64,000 nt of DNA from Pavona decussata (Eukaryota): assembly GCA_977016875.1 (NCBI GenBank), contig CDRNST010000080.1:2790001-2854000 (forward strand), given 5' to 3'. Positions 13,101 to 25,836 of this stretch are shown here, one piece after another. The notes below the pieces were generated by a model. The model was not told the origin of the DNA and made no database searches. It saw only the letters and a list, made by a program, of their open reading frames with translations. Within the stretch, counting starts at the first letter, position 1; each line of letters begins with the position of its first letter. The position numbers and the translations under genes are program-made.

Positions 13101-13510
13101 GTGGCCAAATATACCAGAATTTGCCATTTTCCATCATCACCACGGCAAAGAAAACAAGGGCTGAAGAAGAGCGCTATGGAGATTGCTGCCAGCACAGTTG
13201 CAAACAAATGCCACGACTTCCTCCTTCCAAGCTTGCTGGACAGGAACGGAATATTGATTCTGTCAACCAATACAGCGCAGATGGGTGACATCAGTACGTG
13301 AACCATTCTTTTTTGAAGAATTAACCAGCCAGAATCAGCCGCAGAGATGCTGAGCACTTCCATTAAGAAAACCAGACGGAATGAAAAAAGCAGCTGTCGC
13401 ATTATATCATTTAACACGTGGCCCACTCCATAGGAAAATCGTTGAAAAGGTGGTGTGCGTGATTCCGAGCTTAGCTTGACGGATTGGCAATGAAACTTCA
13501 ACATAGGCAT
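7147..13510 (-). CDS. MFSD12: MFSD12-like major facilitator superfamily (MFS_2/GPH-like) transporter, multi-exon
   Basis: Phase-consistent GT-AG exons: 13510-12990 (..QRFSYGVGHVLNDIMRQLLFSF..GRRKSWHLFAT..HLSLMP..ELSALR), 12254-12146 (TAFTYLSGITTYLVAW), 11619-11500 (VLAMILTAVGVLFTFIFHVGTKE), 11294-11240, 10849-10413 (..WLKDPHLYK), 10296-10204 (VAIILACARILQQNTYAYLPLFL), 9870-9778 (ESIAYLPLIMLIS), 9401-9228 (..ALSFATELIGESK), 8493-8396 (STSGFVFGFSSF), 8196-8060 (DCEECGDYVRLVF). The terminal exon is uncertain (7172-7147, VRHTDGKD*, is one option). An acceptor at 13521 implies an upstream non-coding exon. The motifs YGVGHVLND, GRRKSWH, FHVGTKE and WLKDPHLY are typical of MFSD12; this may be a divergent paralogue. 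Confidence 0.85.
10413..10849 (-). CDS. MFSD12: MFSD12-like exon encoding a long Ser/Glu-rich cytoplasmic loop ending in WLKDPHLYK
   Basis: ORF 10392..10808 extended to acceptor ttgcag at 10850; donor AAG|GTAAAT at 10413. Confidence 0.75.
12290..12725 (-). mobile_element. Penelope-like element 3' remnant (GIY-YIG C-terminus plus pLTR with a hammerhead-like motif) in an MFSD12 intron
   Basis: Frameshifted minus-strand KIDWDCAKCITYST..(T)LESWFTNLEQT..PYKRLI, followed by ACTCTGATTATGACTTCCGCTCAGG..GTCGAAA..TCAGTC and CAGAACTACACTCACCCGG. Confidence 0.75.
12990..13510 (-). CDS. MFSD12: MFSD12-like first coding exon (N-terminal transmembrane helices)
   Basis: Lies within ORF 12962..13537; acceptor ttacag at 13521, ATG at 13510, donor TTGAG|GTTTG at 12990. 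Confidence 0.85.
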
Positions 13511-14307
13511 GTTTGGCAACCTGTAAGTAACATTCACATCATCACATTAATCAGTACAAAATGCTCTTCCGGAGAGTCTTGTTAATAAGAAACCTTGACA
13601 GAGCAGAAGCTAAACTAATCCAACCTAATCAGGTCTAGCGAAATAGTGCTTAATGATAGAAATGTTCTCAAAAGCTATTTTTCATCAATGGAGATGGTTT
13701 AGCCATAGCCTCATCTGGTAGATCATTCCACTAAACAATCCCAGGGTAAGTTAAAGCCCGTTTCAGACGCCGTACTTCACATGAGCCGAATTGAATTCAA
13801 TAAATTAAGGAGGCTCGCAACAGTTTTCGGGCATTGGTGTGGATCTTTTGAAATCAATATTTCGCACGGAAGGCTTGCTTCGATTTCCATCATACTACGC
13901 CACCTAAATAATAAACATAAATATTCATTGCACTAGAATAGTAGCCGGAAAATACCAGGCAAAACAAAATATAACTTATGTTCAGAGAAAGAGAACAGCG
14001 ACTGAAACTTCAGTGGCCGAGTTTCAGCCGTCTTATCTAACACCCGAAATGGTTCATAAACCTAAAACTTGCGCAAAAATCAAGACGAATTATTATTCAA
14101 ACGCCTCACAATTGAAAAGTAAAATATGTAAGGACAATTTCGAAATATTTTGATTTATGCAAATTACAAGCTTTTCGACTTATTTTAGCCGTTTTAAAAC
14201 ACAAATAACTTCACATCGCAACGACCTATGAAGCCCAAGGTAGTTTTAGAATGTTTTGCTGTGATAAAAGATGTTTGAACAGCAATGAGAAGTTATATCA
14301 AGTTTAA

Positions 14308-15017
14308 TTAACAATTATTCACCGAAGTGGAGGTGAATAGTGATGAATATTTACCGAGCCGCGAAGCGGCGAGGTAAATATCCATCACTTTCACCGACAC
14401 CGACACTGTGGTGAATAATTGTTTTAGTATATACCACACAAGCTGAATAACTAGTGGACCCAAAAATTATTTTATATCTGACAATATGCCGACAAATGGT
14501 ATAAAATTTTAAAATCTCGTGAGCCACGCGGTAAGCGATTTCTTATTGTAGAAAGTTCCGTCTCGCTTTCTTGCAGACAATTAAAACTTTCGGAGACACT
14601 TTTTTAGTTCGTACAGTGTCAATTCTTCAATTTTTCTGTGAAATTCGCCTTGTTGTTGAAACCATGCTGAAAAATATTAGATGCTTTATTGTTTTTATTG
14701 TAATTTTAGTGCTCGGCAGTTTTCGTAAACTAGGTATTGAATTTTCATTTTTTCGCCCTGGAAAATGAGGTTGAAAAGATTAAATAACTTATCATTTAAT
14801 GCCGTCAAACCAAACTTTGTTGCCTTTTTTTTGTTTTGTTTTTTTCAACAGCCGCCTCGTTTATTGAAATAATTTCCTCTTAAGTAACCGTGGCGAAACG
14901 GGAAGCCATCTTGTTTCTCTTCGGTTGCTCGGAGGTGAATAGTACTTGGCTAATCACCTCCGAGCTAACCAATCAGCGCGCGCGAAAAGTACTATTCACT
15001 TGTGCGGTATATACTAA
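14308..15017. mobile_element. Non-autonomous element with a long terminal hairpin and asymmetric inverted repeats (Crypton-V/H- or Helentron-like architecture)
   Basis: ~115 bp palindrome 14310-14423 centred on CCGCGAAGCGG; TTAGTATATACCACACAAG (14424) is inverted at 14999-15017; second hairpin CTCGGAGGTGA..TCACCTCCGAG at ~14928-14964. Confidence 0.65.
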
Positions 15018-15299
15018 TTATTTTTCTTGCGTTTTTAACATAATTTGCCCATAAGAATGACTTGAATTCACTTTTTTTCTAATTTTGCCTTCAAGTTGTC
15101 TAGGGTGAGTAGTTTAAATCCCGAAAGTTTCGTTTTTAAGTGTCTGACTAGCTAGATTTCGAGATACTCGAAGTTGTTTAAAATGAAGTGTTTTGCGTCA
15201 CCGCTGCTATGGTAACACCTGTTGCTGTTGTTGGTTGAAAAGGTGGTGTAGTATGATGAAAATCGAAGCAGGCCTTAGATGAGAAATATATATATTTGA

Positions 15300-18200
15300 A
15301 AAGATCCACCTCTTGGGATGCCAGAAAAACTGTTGCGAGCCATCAAATGTATCACCCGAGGAAGACAGAAAAAAATGTTAACAGACAACTTGTCGACAGC
15401 TTGTGGACTGCACCCGTCTTCCACTCGCTCTTTAGCTGCCAAAAGGTGGCATAACATAGCCTGTAAAATGACTAAACGCCCTTGCAATGCATCCATAACA
15501 CATTGATGTGTGTAACCTACATGCAGCCGAGCTAAGCTTGCCGATAGAAAAGTTAACCCATCTGACGTACCTTAACAAGATGAACAACAATTACGGTGCA
15601 CGTACAAGTAAATTCAATCAACGCAAAAGTTAAGTGTTTGATTGTAGAAAATTCAAGTCTCTTGTAGAAAAAGACCATTAGACAGATAACGGCATAATAT
15701 ATTTCACACCGTATTCAAGGCTAGCGCCGAAGACAACTTACTAAACTAAGATTGTTTTAGTTTTTGCAACGAAGGCAAGAGAAATGACCTAGCAAACAAA
15801 GTTCCTTCGTGCAAACGATAAACGAGGTATCAACGTTAACCGAGGAAGACATAAAAATATTTACGGGCTACACGCCCTTGCTTTGCATCCATAAAACATT
15901 AATGTGCAGTGTGTAAGCTACATACAGCTAATCTCACCAATGAAAAAGTAAACTCATATGACGTACCTTAATAAAGATGAACAACAATTACGGTGCAAGT
16001 GAATTCAGTAAATACAAAAGGCAAATGCTGGATTAGAGCAAATAGAACTCTCTCGAAGGAAAAGACGATTCGACAAATGGCGGCATGAAATATTTCAAGC
16101 CGTCTATACGGCTGCCTCAGAAGCAAAGTTACTAGAAAAAGGGGCTCGGTAAAAACTTTAGTACAGTTAATGTCCAATAACATTAGCCATCAACTAGCTA
16201 TTTTTAGGTAAACAATGTAAGCTTTGCATTAGCTCTCTGTTATTGCCTCAGGCAGCACGTTTCTCTCGTGCTCTCCACGTTTCTCACAACCAAAACGGGA
16301 CAAACGCACCGTCGCTAAGCTGATAAAAGGGACCTTCAGATGAGAGTACGAGTACGACATTGAATACAAGTACGACTATTAAAATTTCAGAGTACTCGTA
16401 TCCCCAGAACTCTCGCTCTTTCCGGTTGTTTACCAGCAGATAATGCGACCCTAGATACGAGATTATTTTAGTTTTTGCAACGAAAGCAAGACGAATGCTC
16501 TAGCTAGCAAACAAAGTTCTTTCGTGCAAACGATAATTCGAAATCTATCAACGACAAACGAGGAAGAGAGGAAAAAAATTTATGTACGAAAAAAGCTTAT
16601 CCACTACACTCGTCTTCCTCTCACTCTTTAGCCCCCGACAGATCTTGTAACATTTCATATAAATTTGTCCAATAGGATCCAATCGCTCCGCACCGTTGTG
16701 TAAGCTACATAAAATTAAGCTTGCCGATGTTGAGCAAACCTCATTTGACGCACCTTAAAATGAACAGCGATTAGATGCAAGTTATTTCAGTCAATGCAAA
16801 AGTTAAATGTTTTTTTTTGGAAGAAAAAAAAAGTTTCTTGTAGAAAAAGACGATTCGACAAATAGTGCGGGCATGAAATATTTCACGCCTTGTGCACAGC
16901 CAGCAATGAAGGCAAGTAGAGTTATATTGCGAACAAAGTTCCTTCGTGCTAAAGATAATCAAATGTATCAACCGAGAAAGATAGAAAAAAAATTTAAAGA
17001 AGGACTAAAAAAGCTTATCGACTGAACTCGTTTTCCACTCGCTCTTCAGCTGCCAACAAATGTCACATAGCTTGTAAATTTGTCCAAAAGAATCCAATTG
17101 CTACACGCCCTTAGCATTGCAAACATTGACATTTATAAGCTACAAACAGCGAATCTTGCCGATGGAAAAGTAAAACTCATCTGACGTACCTTAAAGATGA
17201 ACAACAATTACGGTGCAAGTAAATTCAGTCAATACCAGAAGCAGTTAAGTAGTTGGAGGGAAAACAAGTCTCCTGGAGTCTCCTGCAGAAGAAAACGATC
17301 CAAACAGCGGCATAAAATATTACAAGAAGTCTTCACGGCTAGCTCAGAAGACAAGTGACTAAACTAAGGCAGTCGGCAAGAACTTAAATACTTTTTACGT
17401 CAAATAGCATGAGGTATTGGAATTATAAGAAGTTTGTTTTTTGGTAAACAGTGTAAGCTTAAAATAGCAAATTTGTATGAATTTCCTTAATCAGTCAGGC
17501 AATATTTAAAAACGTTTAGAACCTTGAGGAAAAGAAAAATCAAATGGTTTGGTGCATAAACGTCCAGCTAGGAAAGAGAACTTAGAAAGCTAACGGAAAC
17601 GAACAGTTGGGAAAGCCCGCTTTTTATTTAACAGATTTTCTTGCTCGCGGCTTGTTGGTTTCTTACCCCGTCTTCTAATAGCTACGTTATAAAAAAAAGA
17701 AACAAGGACCATTCAAAAAGCTTGGCAAGCTCTCTGTTATTGCTTCAGGCAACACGTTTTCTCTTGCTCTTCACATTTGTCACGTACAACCAAAACGGGA
17801 CAGACGCACCGTCGCTAAGCTGATTAAAGGGATCTTCAGATCAGAGAACTGAGAAGTCATTTTTGGGTAAACAATGTAATCTTAAAATAATAAATTTGTG
17901 TAAATTTCCATAATCATTCAGACGATAAAAAAGCTTAGATTCTTGAGAAGAAGAAAATTTAAATGGATTCCTGCATGCAAGTCCGTCTAAGAAAGAGAGC
18001 TTAGAAAGCTAACAGCAGCGAACAATTTGAGAGAGCCCGCTTTTCATTTCACAAATTTCGTCGCTCGTGGCTCGTTTGTTTCTCATCCCGTTTTCTAGAG
18101 CTACGTTATATATATACATATATATATAAAAAAAAAAAAACAAGGACCATTCAAAAAGCTTGGCAAGCTCTCTGTTATTGCCTCGGGCAACACGTTTTCT

Positions 18201-21200
18201 CGTGCTCTGCACATTTCTCACGCACAACGAAAACGGGACAGACGCACCGTCGCTAAGCTGATAAAAGGGACCTTCAGATCATAATACGAGTACGAGAGTG
18301 AATACAAGTACGACTTTCAAGTTTGAGGGCAGTCATATCACCAGAACTCTCGCTCCTTCCCGTTGTTTACCAACAGCTTAGGAGAACCTAGAAGCAGGAT
18401 AATTTTAGGTTTTGCAATAAAGGCAAGACGAATGACCTAGCAAACAAAGTTCCTTCGTGCAAACGATAAACAAATGTATAAAACATGAAAGACAGAAAAA
18501 AATATTTACAGACCAAAACAGCTTATCGCTACATTCGTCTAGAGTCCAATAGCTACACGCCCTTGCATTGCATCCATACAACATTGACGCGTTTAACCTA
18601 CGTACATCTAAGTTCGCCGATGAAAAACCAACTCACTGATCTAAAATATTTCAAACCATCTGCACGACAAGCGCAGAAGGAAAGTGACTAAACTAAGGCA
18701 GTCGGCAAGAACTTAAGTACACCTAACGCCAAACAGCAAAACAGCATGCAAGAGGTATACCAGAAGTACCAGAAGTTCTTATTCGGACACGATGTAAGCT
18801 TCAAATAGTGCATTTGTGTAAATTTCCATAATCAGTCAGACGATAAAGACGTTTAGAATCGTGAGAAAAAGAAAAAATCACATGGTTTGGTGCATAAAAG
18901 TGCATCATTGAAAGAAAGCTTAGATAGCTCAGATTGCAACGAGCAGTTTGGAAAGTCCGGTTTTCGTTTCAAAGATTTCTTCGCTCACGGCTTGTTTGTT
19001 TCTTATACTGGCCGTTTCCTAGTCCATGAACCATTCCGCGAGAAGCTTGGCAAGCTGCCTGTTATTGCCTCGGGCAACACGTTTTTCTCTTGCTCTCCAC
19101 ATTTCTCACGTACAACCAAAACGGAACAGACGCACCGTCGCTAAGCTGATAAAAGGGAACTTAAGATCAGAGTACGGGAACGAGAATGAGTACAAGTACG
19201 AGTTTCAAATTTCAGAGCGGTCATATCCCCAGAAGTCTCGCTCTTTCCCGTTGCTTACCAGCAGATAATGCGACCCTAGATGCGAAATTGTTTTAGTTTT
19301 TGCAACGAAGGCAAGACGAATGACCTAGCTAGCAAACAAAGTTCCTTCGTGCAAACGATAATTCGAAATGTATCAACGTCAATCGAAGAAGATAGAAAAA
19401 AAAATTGATGGAAGCTTATCCACTAAACTCATGTTCCTGTCGTTCTTTAGCTGCCAAAAAATGTTGTAACATAGCTTGTAAATTTTGTCCAATAGAATCC
19501 AATGGCTACACACCCTTTCACTGCATCCACAAAATATTGACGTTGTGTAAGCTACATAAAGCTAAGCTTGCCGATGTTAGGCAAAACTCATCTGACTTAC
19601 CTCAAAATGAACAGCAATTAGGTGCAAGTAATTTCAGTCAATGCAAAGGTTAAATGTTTTTGATTTTTTTTGGAAGAGAATACAAGTTCCTCGTAGAAAA
19701 AGACGATCGACAAATAGTGCGGGTACAATAATTTCACGCCTAGTGCACAGCTAGCAATGAAGGCAAGTAGAGTTACATTGCGAACAAAGTTCCTTCGCGC
19801 TGACGGTAATCAAATGTATCAACAGAGAAAGATAGGAAAAATGTTTTAAAAAGGACGAAAAAAGCTTATCGACTGAACTCGTCTTCCACTCGCTCTTCAG
19901 CTGCCAACAAATGTTGTCACATAGCTTGGAAATTTGTCCAAAAGAATTTAATGGCTACACGCCCTTGCATTGCAAACATTGACATGTGTAAGCTACAAGC
20001 AGCGAAGCTTGCTCATGGAAAAGTAAAACTCATCTGACGTACCTTAAAGATGAACAACAATTACGGTGCAAGTAAATTCAGTCAATGCAGAAGTTAAATC
20101 GTTTGAGGGAAAACAAGTCTCCTGCAGAAGAAAACGATCCAAACGGCAGCGGCATGAAATATTTCAAGAAGTCTGCACGGCTAGCTGAGAAGACAAGTTA
20201 CTAAACTAAGGCAGTCGGCAAGAACTTAAGTACAGTCTAGTGACGTCAAATAGCATGAGGTATTGGAATTATTGGAATTTCTTTTTTTGGTAAACAGCGT
20301 AAGCTTAAAATAGCAAATTTGTGTGAATTTCCATAATCTGTCAGGCAATAAAAACGTTTAGAATCTTGAGGAAAAGAAAAATCAAATGGTTTAGTGCATA
20401 AAAGTCCAGCTACGAAAGAGAGCTTAGAAAGCTAATAGAAACGAACAGTTGGGAAAGCCCTCTTTTTATTTCACAGATTTCACCTTGCTCGCTCCTTGTT
20501 TGTTTCTTACCCCGTTTTCTAGTAGCTACGTTATAAAAAAAAAAAAAAAAGAAAAAAAGAACCATTCAAAAAGCTTGGCAAGCTCTCTGTTATTGCCTCG
20601 GGCAACACGTTTTCTCGTACTCTTCACAGACGCACCGTCGCTAAGCTGATAAAAGAAACCTTCAGATCACAGAACTCATTTTAGGTAAACAATGTAAGTT
20701 TAAAATAGTTAATTTGTGTAAATTTCCATAATCATTCAGACGATAAAAAGTTTAGATTCTCGAGAAAAAGAAAATTTTAAATAGTTTGGTGCATGAAAGC
20801 CCATCTAGGAAAGAGAGCTTAGAAAGCTAACAGCAGCAAACAGTTTGGAAGAGCCTGCTTTTCATTTCACAGATTTCGTCGCTCGCGGCTTGTTTGTTTC
20901 TTACCCCGTTTTCTAGAGCCACGTTATAAAATTGAAAAAGAAAAAAAACTAGGACCATTCAAAAAGCTTGGAAAGCTCTCTGTTATTGCCTCGGGCAACA
21001 CGTTTCTCTGGTGCTCTCCACATTTCTCACGTACAACCAAAACACGACCGACGCACCGTCGCTACGCAATGCAGAAATTAAATCATTGGAGGGTGAACAA
21101 GTCTCCCGCAGAAGAAAACGATCCAAACAGCGGCATGAAATATTTCAAGAAGTCTGCACGGCTAGCTCAGAAGGCAGTCATTTCTCACGTACAACCAAAA

Positions 21201-24200
21201 CGGGACAGACGCACAGTCGCTAAGCTGATAAAAGGGACTTTCAGATCATAATACGAGTACGAGATTGAATACAAGTACGACTTTCAAATTTCAGAGCGGT
21301 CATATCCCCAGAACTCTCGCTCCTTCTCATTGTTTACCAACAGCTTAGGAGAACCTAGAAATAGGATGGTTTTAGGGTTTGCAATGAAGGAAAGACGAAT
21401 GACCTAGCAAACAAAGTTCAACAAATGTATCAAACATGGAAGACAGAAAAAAATATTTACAGACCAAAACAGCTTATCGACTACATTCGTCTAGAATCCA
21501 ATGGCTATACGCCCTTGCATTGCAACCATTCAACATTGACGCGTGTAACCTACATACAGCTAAGTTCGCTGATGAAAAACAAAACTCATCTGAAATATTT
21601 CAAGCCATCTTCAGGGCAAGCGCAGAAGAAAAGTTACTAAACTAAGGCAGTCGGCAAGAACTTAAGTACAGCTAACGCCAAACAGCAATACAGCATGCAA
21701 GAGGTAAACCAGAAGTACCAGAAGTTCTTATTAGATAGACAATGTAAGCTTAAATAGCAAATTTGTGTAAATTTCCATAATCAGTCAGACGATAAAAACG
21801 TTTAGAATCTTGAGAGAAAAAGAAAAATCATAAAAGTCCATCAACGAAAGAAAGCTTTGAAAGCTAATAGTAACGAGCAGTTTGGAAAGTCCGGTTTTCG
21901 TTTCACAGATTTCTTCGCTCGCGGCTTGTTAAATGTTTCTTATAACGGCCGTTTTCTAGTCCATAAACCATTCCGCGAGAAGCTTGGCAAGCTGCCTGTT
22001 ATTGCCTCGGGCAACACGTTTTCTTTTTGTTCTCCAAGAAACTGAATTGCAATTCAAAGTCGTACTCGTACTCAAACATTGAGTGCCCTATCCTCTTGAG
22101 TGGATCTGGTTCTTTGTCTACTTAAAGTTTGGGTTGGATCTTCAAATCAAGGGTACACAAGCTTACAATGTGGAACCTTATTAAAGCTGACTCTGGTAAT
22201 TTTAAAACAATAAATGTTTCACTCTTGTCTTAGTTCGATTCCACTCAAAGTTTAAAAGACAATTATTATCATTTTTTAACCCTACGCTTCCAAACATTGG
22301 AATAAAAAAAAATTATCCACTCGCAATAAGTTATTTAAAAAAATTATTGAATAGTTGAACAAGTGAAGAAGTTGTTCACTCCAAACTCCTTCAAGTTAAT
22401 TGTTAGATGACATAGCTCTTGGCGCGCTCACGTGTGATACAAATAAAATTCCTGTTTTTAATTATAAATAAGCAGCACAGTAAGGTAAGGCATGGAAAAG
22501 TCTTGTAGATAGGTACACTTTATTTGTGCACGGTATCAATTTAATTCATATTTACATGCTCTTCGATCGAGCCGTGTATTTTGATCAATTACTTAACTAA
22601 TTTTGAATTCTTTTCATTTTGAATATGACCTCTGACTTATTCTTTGTGTTCAACGATGCTGTTTTTATGCCACATAGGGCATTTCAGCTGGATTTGGTTT
22701 GGCTCGTTTACGTGCGTTATAGTTTTCAAGAACTCCCTTGCTTGTTGAGATTTGTGTAATTTCTAGGACAGGAATTAATCATTGCTTGTATTGTGCAATG
22801 AGCTTTCTGTAGTTGTTGTAACGCCGGGCCCGGCTATAAGTTGTTGTCTCAAGGTGCTGTGTTTCTTGCCACTGCTATTTGGTTTTTAGGTTCTCTGGTA
22901 ATCGTTGTAGCGTGTTATAGAGCTATGCAACATGTGACAGTAACATAAGTGTTGAATAGTCCGTAAATCACGACTGTGTTTTTGCAAATGCTTCGCTCCA
23001 CTGTTATAGTGCGTTTGAATTGTGAGAGCTCAGTGATTTTCTCCCTTTGTTAACAGAAGTGTGCATCGACTGTGTTTTAAATTTACCATTAAATGAGAGT
23101 CAATGTTTGGTTCAAGCTAAGCGAGGTGTTGATGCCATAAAAAAGTCATGACATTTAAGACAAAAAGCATCAGTGTGTGTGTGTGTGTGTGTGTTTTTTC
23201 TTGAAAGGTTTTAGAGGCAGCTTTCCGTGTAGGGGTAAAAACAAACGTCCAATTACAAACCCTGTCTGTATACGGAAGACCCTTGTGAGGGGTGTGCGGA
23301 GTTGGCCCCCCAACCCCCAAGACAAAAACTCCTAGGTACGACCCAGGTTAATGTCCAATAATATGCAAGAAGTACCGGGATTACTAGAAGTTATTTTTAG
23401 GTAAACAATGTAATCTTAACATGGCAAGCTCTCTGTTATTGCCTCGGGCAACACGTTTTTCTCGTGCTCTCCACATTTCTCACGTACAACCAAAACGGGA
23501 CAGACGCACCGTCGCTAAGCTGATAAAAGGGATCTTCAGATCATAGTACGAGTACGAGGTTGAATACAAGTACGACTTTCAAATTTCAGAGCGGTCGTAT
23601 CCCCAGAACTCTCGCTCCTTTTCGTTGTTTACCAACAGCTTTGGAGAACCTAGAAACAGGTCTGGATAGTTTTAGGTTTTGTAATGAAGCAAAGACGAAT
23701 GACCTAGCAAACAAAGTTCCTTCATGCAAACGATAAACAAATGTATCAAACATGGAAGACAGAAAAAAATATTTACAGACCAAAACAGCTTATCGACTAC
23801 ATTCGTCTAGAATCCAATGGCTACACGCCCTTGCATTGCATCCATACAACATTGACGCGTGTAACCTACATACAGCTAAGTTCGCTGATGAAAAACAAAA
23901 CTCATCTGAAATATTTCAAGCCATCTTCAGGGCAAGCGCAGAAGAAAAGTGACTAAACTAAGGCAGTCGGCAAGAACTTAGGTACAGTTTACGCCAAACA
24001 GCAATACAGCATGCAAGAGGTATACCGGAAGTACCAGAAGTCCTTATTAGGTAAACAATGTAAGCTTTAAATAGTACATTTGTGTAAATAACAAATTCAG
24101 CGCAGATAAATTCATTCAATTCAAAAGTTAAATGTTGGATTGGGGGAAATACAAGTCTCTTGTGACATAAAAAAAAACCGATTCGACAAAAGGCCGCATG

Positions 24201-25180
24201 AAATATTTCACACCATGTGTACGGCTAGCGCACAAGACAAGTTATCAAAGTAAGGCCCTCGGCAAGAGGTAAAAGTACAGTTTGCCTCCAAAGCATGAGG
24301 TACTGGAAGTAAAAAGTTCTATATTTGAAGAAGTCTCCACGGCTAGCTAGTTGGCTAGCTGCACGGTTAGCTGCACGGCTAGAAAAGTTACTGAAAGAAA
24401 AAGGAATTCGGGAAGAACTTAAGTACAGTTTTCAATCCGTCCCATAGCAAGAGGTTCCGGTCGTGACGGAAGTTCCACAATTTAAGTAGACAATGTAAGC
24501 TTTAAATAGTAAATTTGTGTAAATTTCCATAATCAGTCAGACGATAAAAACGTTTAGAATCTTGAGAAAAAGAAAAAATCACATTGTTTGGTGCATGAAA
24601 GTGCATCAACGAAAGAAAGCTTAGAAAGCTAATACCAACAAGCAGTTTGGAAAGTCCGCGCTTTTCGTTTCACAGATTTCTTCGCTCGCGCTTGTCAGTT
24701 AAATGTTTCTTATACCGGCCATTTTCTAGTTCATTAACCATTCCGCAAGAAGCTTGGCAAGCTGCCTGTTATTGCCTCGGGCAACACGTTTTCCTTTTGT
24801 TCTCCAAGTAACTGAATTGCAATTCAAAGTCGCACTCGTACTCAAACCTTGAGTTCCCTATCCTCTTGAGTGGACCTGGTTCTTTATCTACTTACTTTGA
24901 GTTGCATCTCTAAAGCAAGGATACACAAGCTTACACGTTTTACTCTTGTCTCAGTCCGATTCCACTCAAAGTTTAAAAGACAAATTATTATCATCTTTTA
25001 ACCCTGCGCTTGCAAACATTGGAATAAAGAAAATTATCCACTCGCAATAAGTTATTCAAAAAATATTAAATAGAAACAAGTGAAGAAGTTGGTCCCTCCA
25101 AACTCCTTCAAGTTAATTGATAAACGACATAGCTTTTGTCGCGCTCACGTGTGATACAAATAAAATTCCTGTTTTTCATC
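15300..25180. repeat. Complex hierarchical tandem array built from a TIR-element fragment and its flanks
   Basis: Anchor AAGCT.(C)CTGTTATTGCCTC.GGCA.CACG at ~16230, 17728, 18165, 19051, 20580, 20973, 21989, 23427 and 24759. A ~2.9 kb higher-order unit at 16230-19050 is repeated at 19051-21989, and 21180-22460 is repeated at 23475-25180. Confidence 0.9.
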
Positions 25181-25481
25181 ACAATTTAGGCTAGGCGGCT
25201 TGGAACTTCTGGACAGATATTTTATAGAGACTAACCATCTTTGCATTTGCACGATGTCTGGCCGCAGTCACATATGCGATCACGACTTTATAATCGTAAA
25301 AGTGGTTGAAAAAAACACTTTGAATGATCTCGTGCGATTGCCAAAATGGAACACTACATTCGAAACTACCGTTCCGTTTTAATTCCAACAGACGTCGTTC
25401 ATAGTTTAAATTACAATTTGTCTGTTTATAGGAAACCGCCAAAGTTTGTTCATAAACACTTTTCTATTTTTATATTATACA

Positions 25482-25666
25482 ATAGACCTTATTCCAAAAT
25501 GGTTACCATTTTGATATCTTTTTGTTGATATTCAAATAAGCCCTCCTTACCTCGTTCTTAAGCTCAAAGTTCAAAAGAATATTTTACTTTGAACGAGGCA
25601 AGAAGGGCTAATTTGAATGCAAACAAAAGAATATTAAAATGGAAGACATTTTGGAATAAGGTTTAT
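25482..25666. mobile_element. Palindromic MITE (ATAGACCTTATTCCAAAATGG TIR)
   Basis: Near-complete inverted symmetry ending in CATTTTGGAATAAGGTTTAT. Confidence 0.75.
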
Positions 25667-25771
25667 GGAAAATAAAAAAGTCACGTTTTGATTCAGGGAT
25701 GTAGCGGACATATTGACGCCCGCATAACGTCATTGAGTTTTGTTACCGGCGCTTGTGATGGAAGTGGTGTC

Positions 25772-25836
25772 TAATCTCGTACCCAGATCACATTTTAACA
25801 TTTCCAAACCTGCAATGAGATCTGGGTACGAGATTA
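25772..25836. mobile_element. Tiny MITE (AATCTCGTACCCAGA TIR)
   Basis: TAATCTCGTACCCAGATC ... GATCTGGGTACGAGATTA; related copy at 33185-33250. Confidence 0.7.

Noticed and set aside
13805-15280. TTAA-flanked Kolobok-like element enclosing the hairpin element
   Set aside because: The left end TTAAGGAGGCTCG has only a weak match at ~15265-15278; boundaries are not supportable.
22610-23330. Unique segment between the duplicated blocks as a coding remnant
   Set aside because: Many stops in the frames examined and no recognisable motif.
15300-25180. CRISPR-like array or repeated short ORFs (MYQTWKTEK.., MEDRKKYLQ..)
   Set aside because: Eukaryotic context, no cas genes and no unique spacers; the units are long and diverged, and the ORFs are not frame-conserved between copies.
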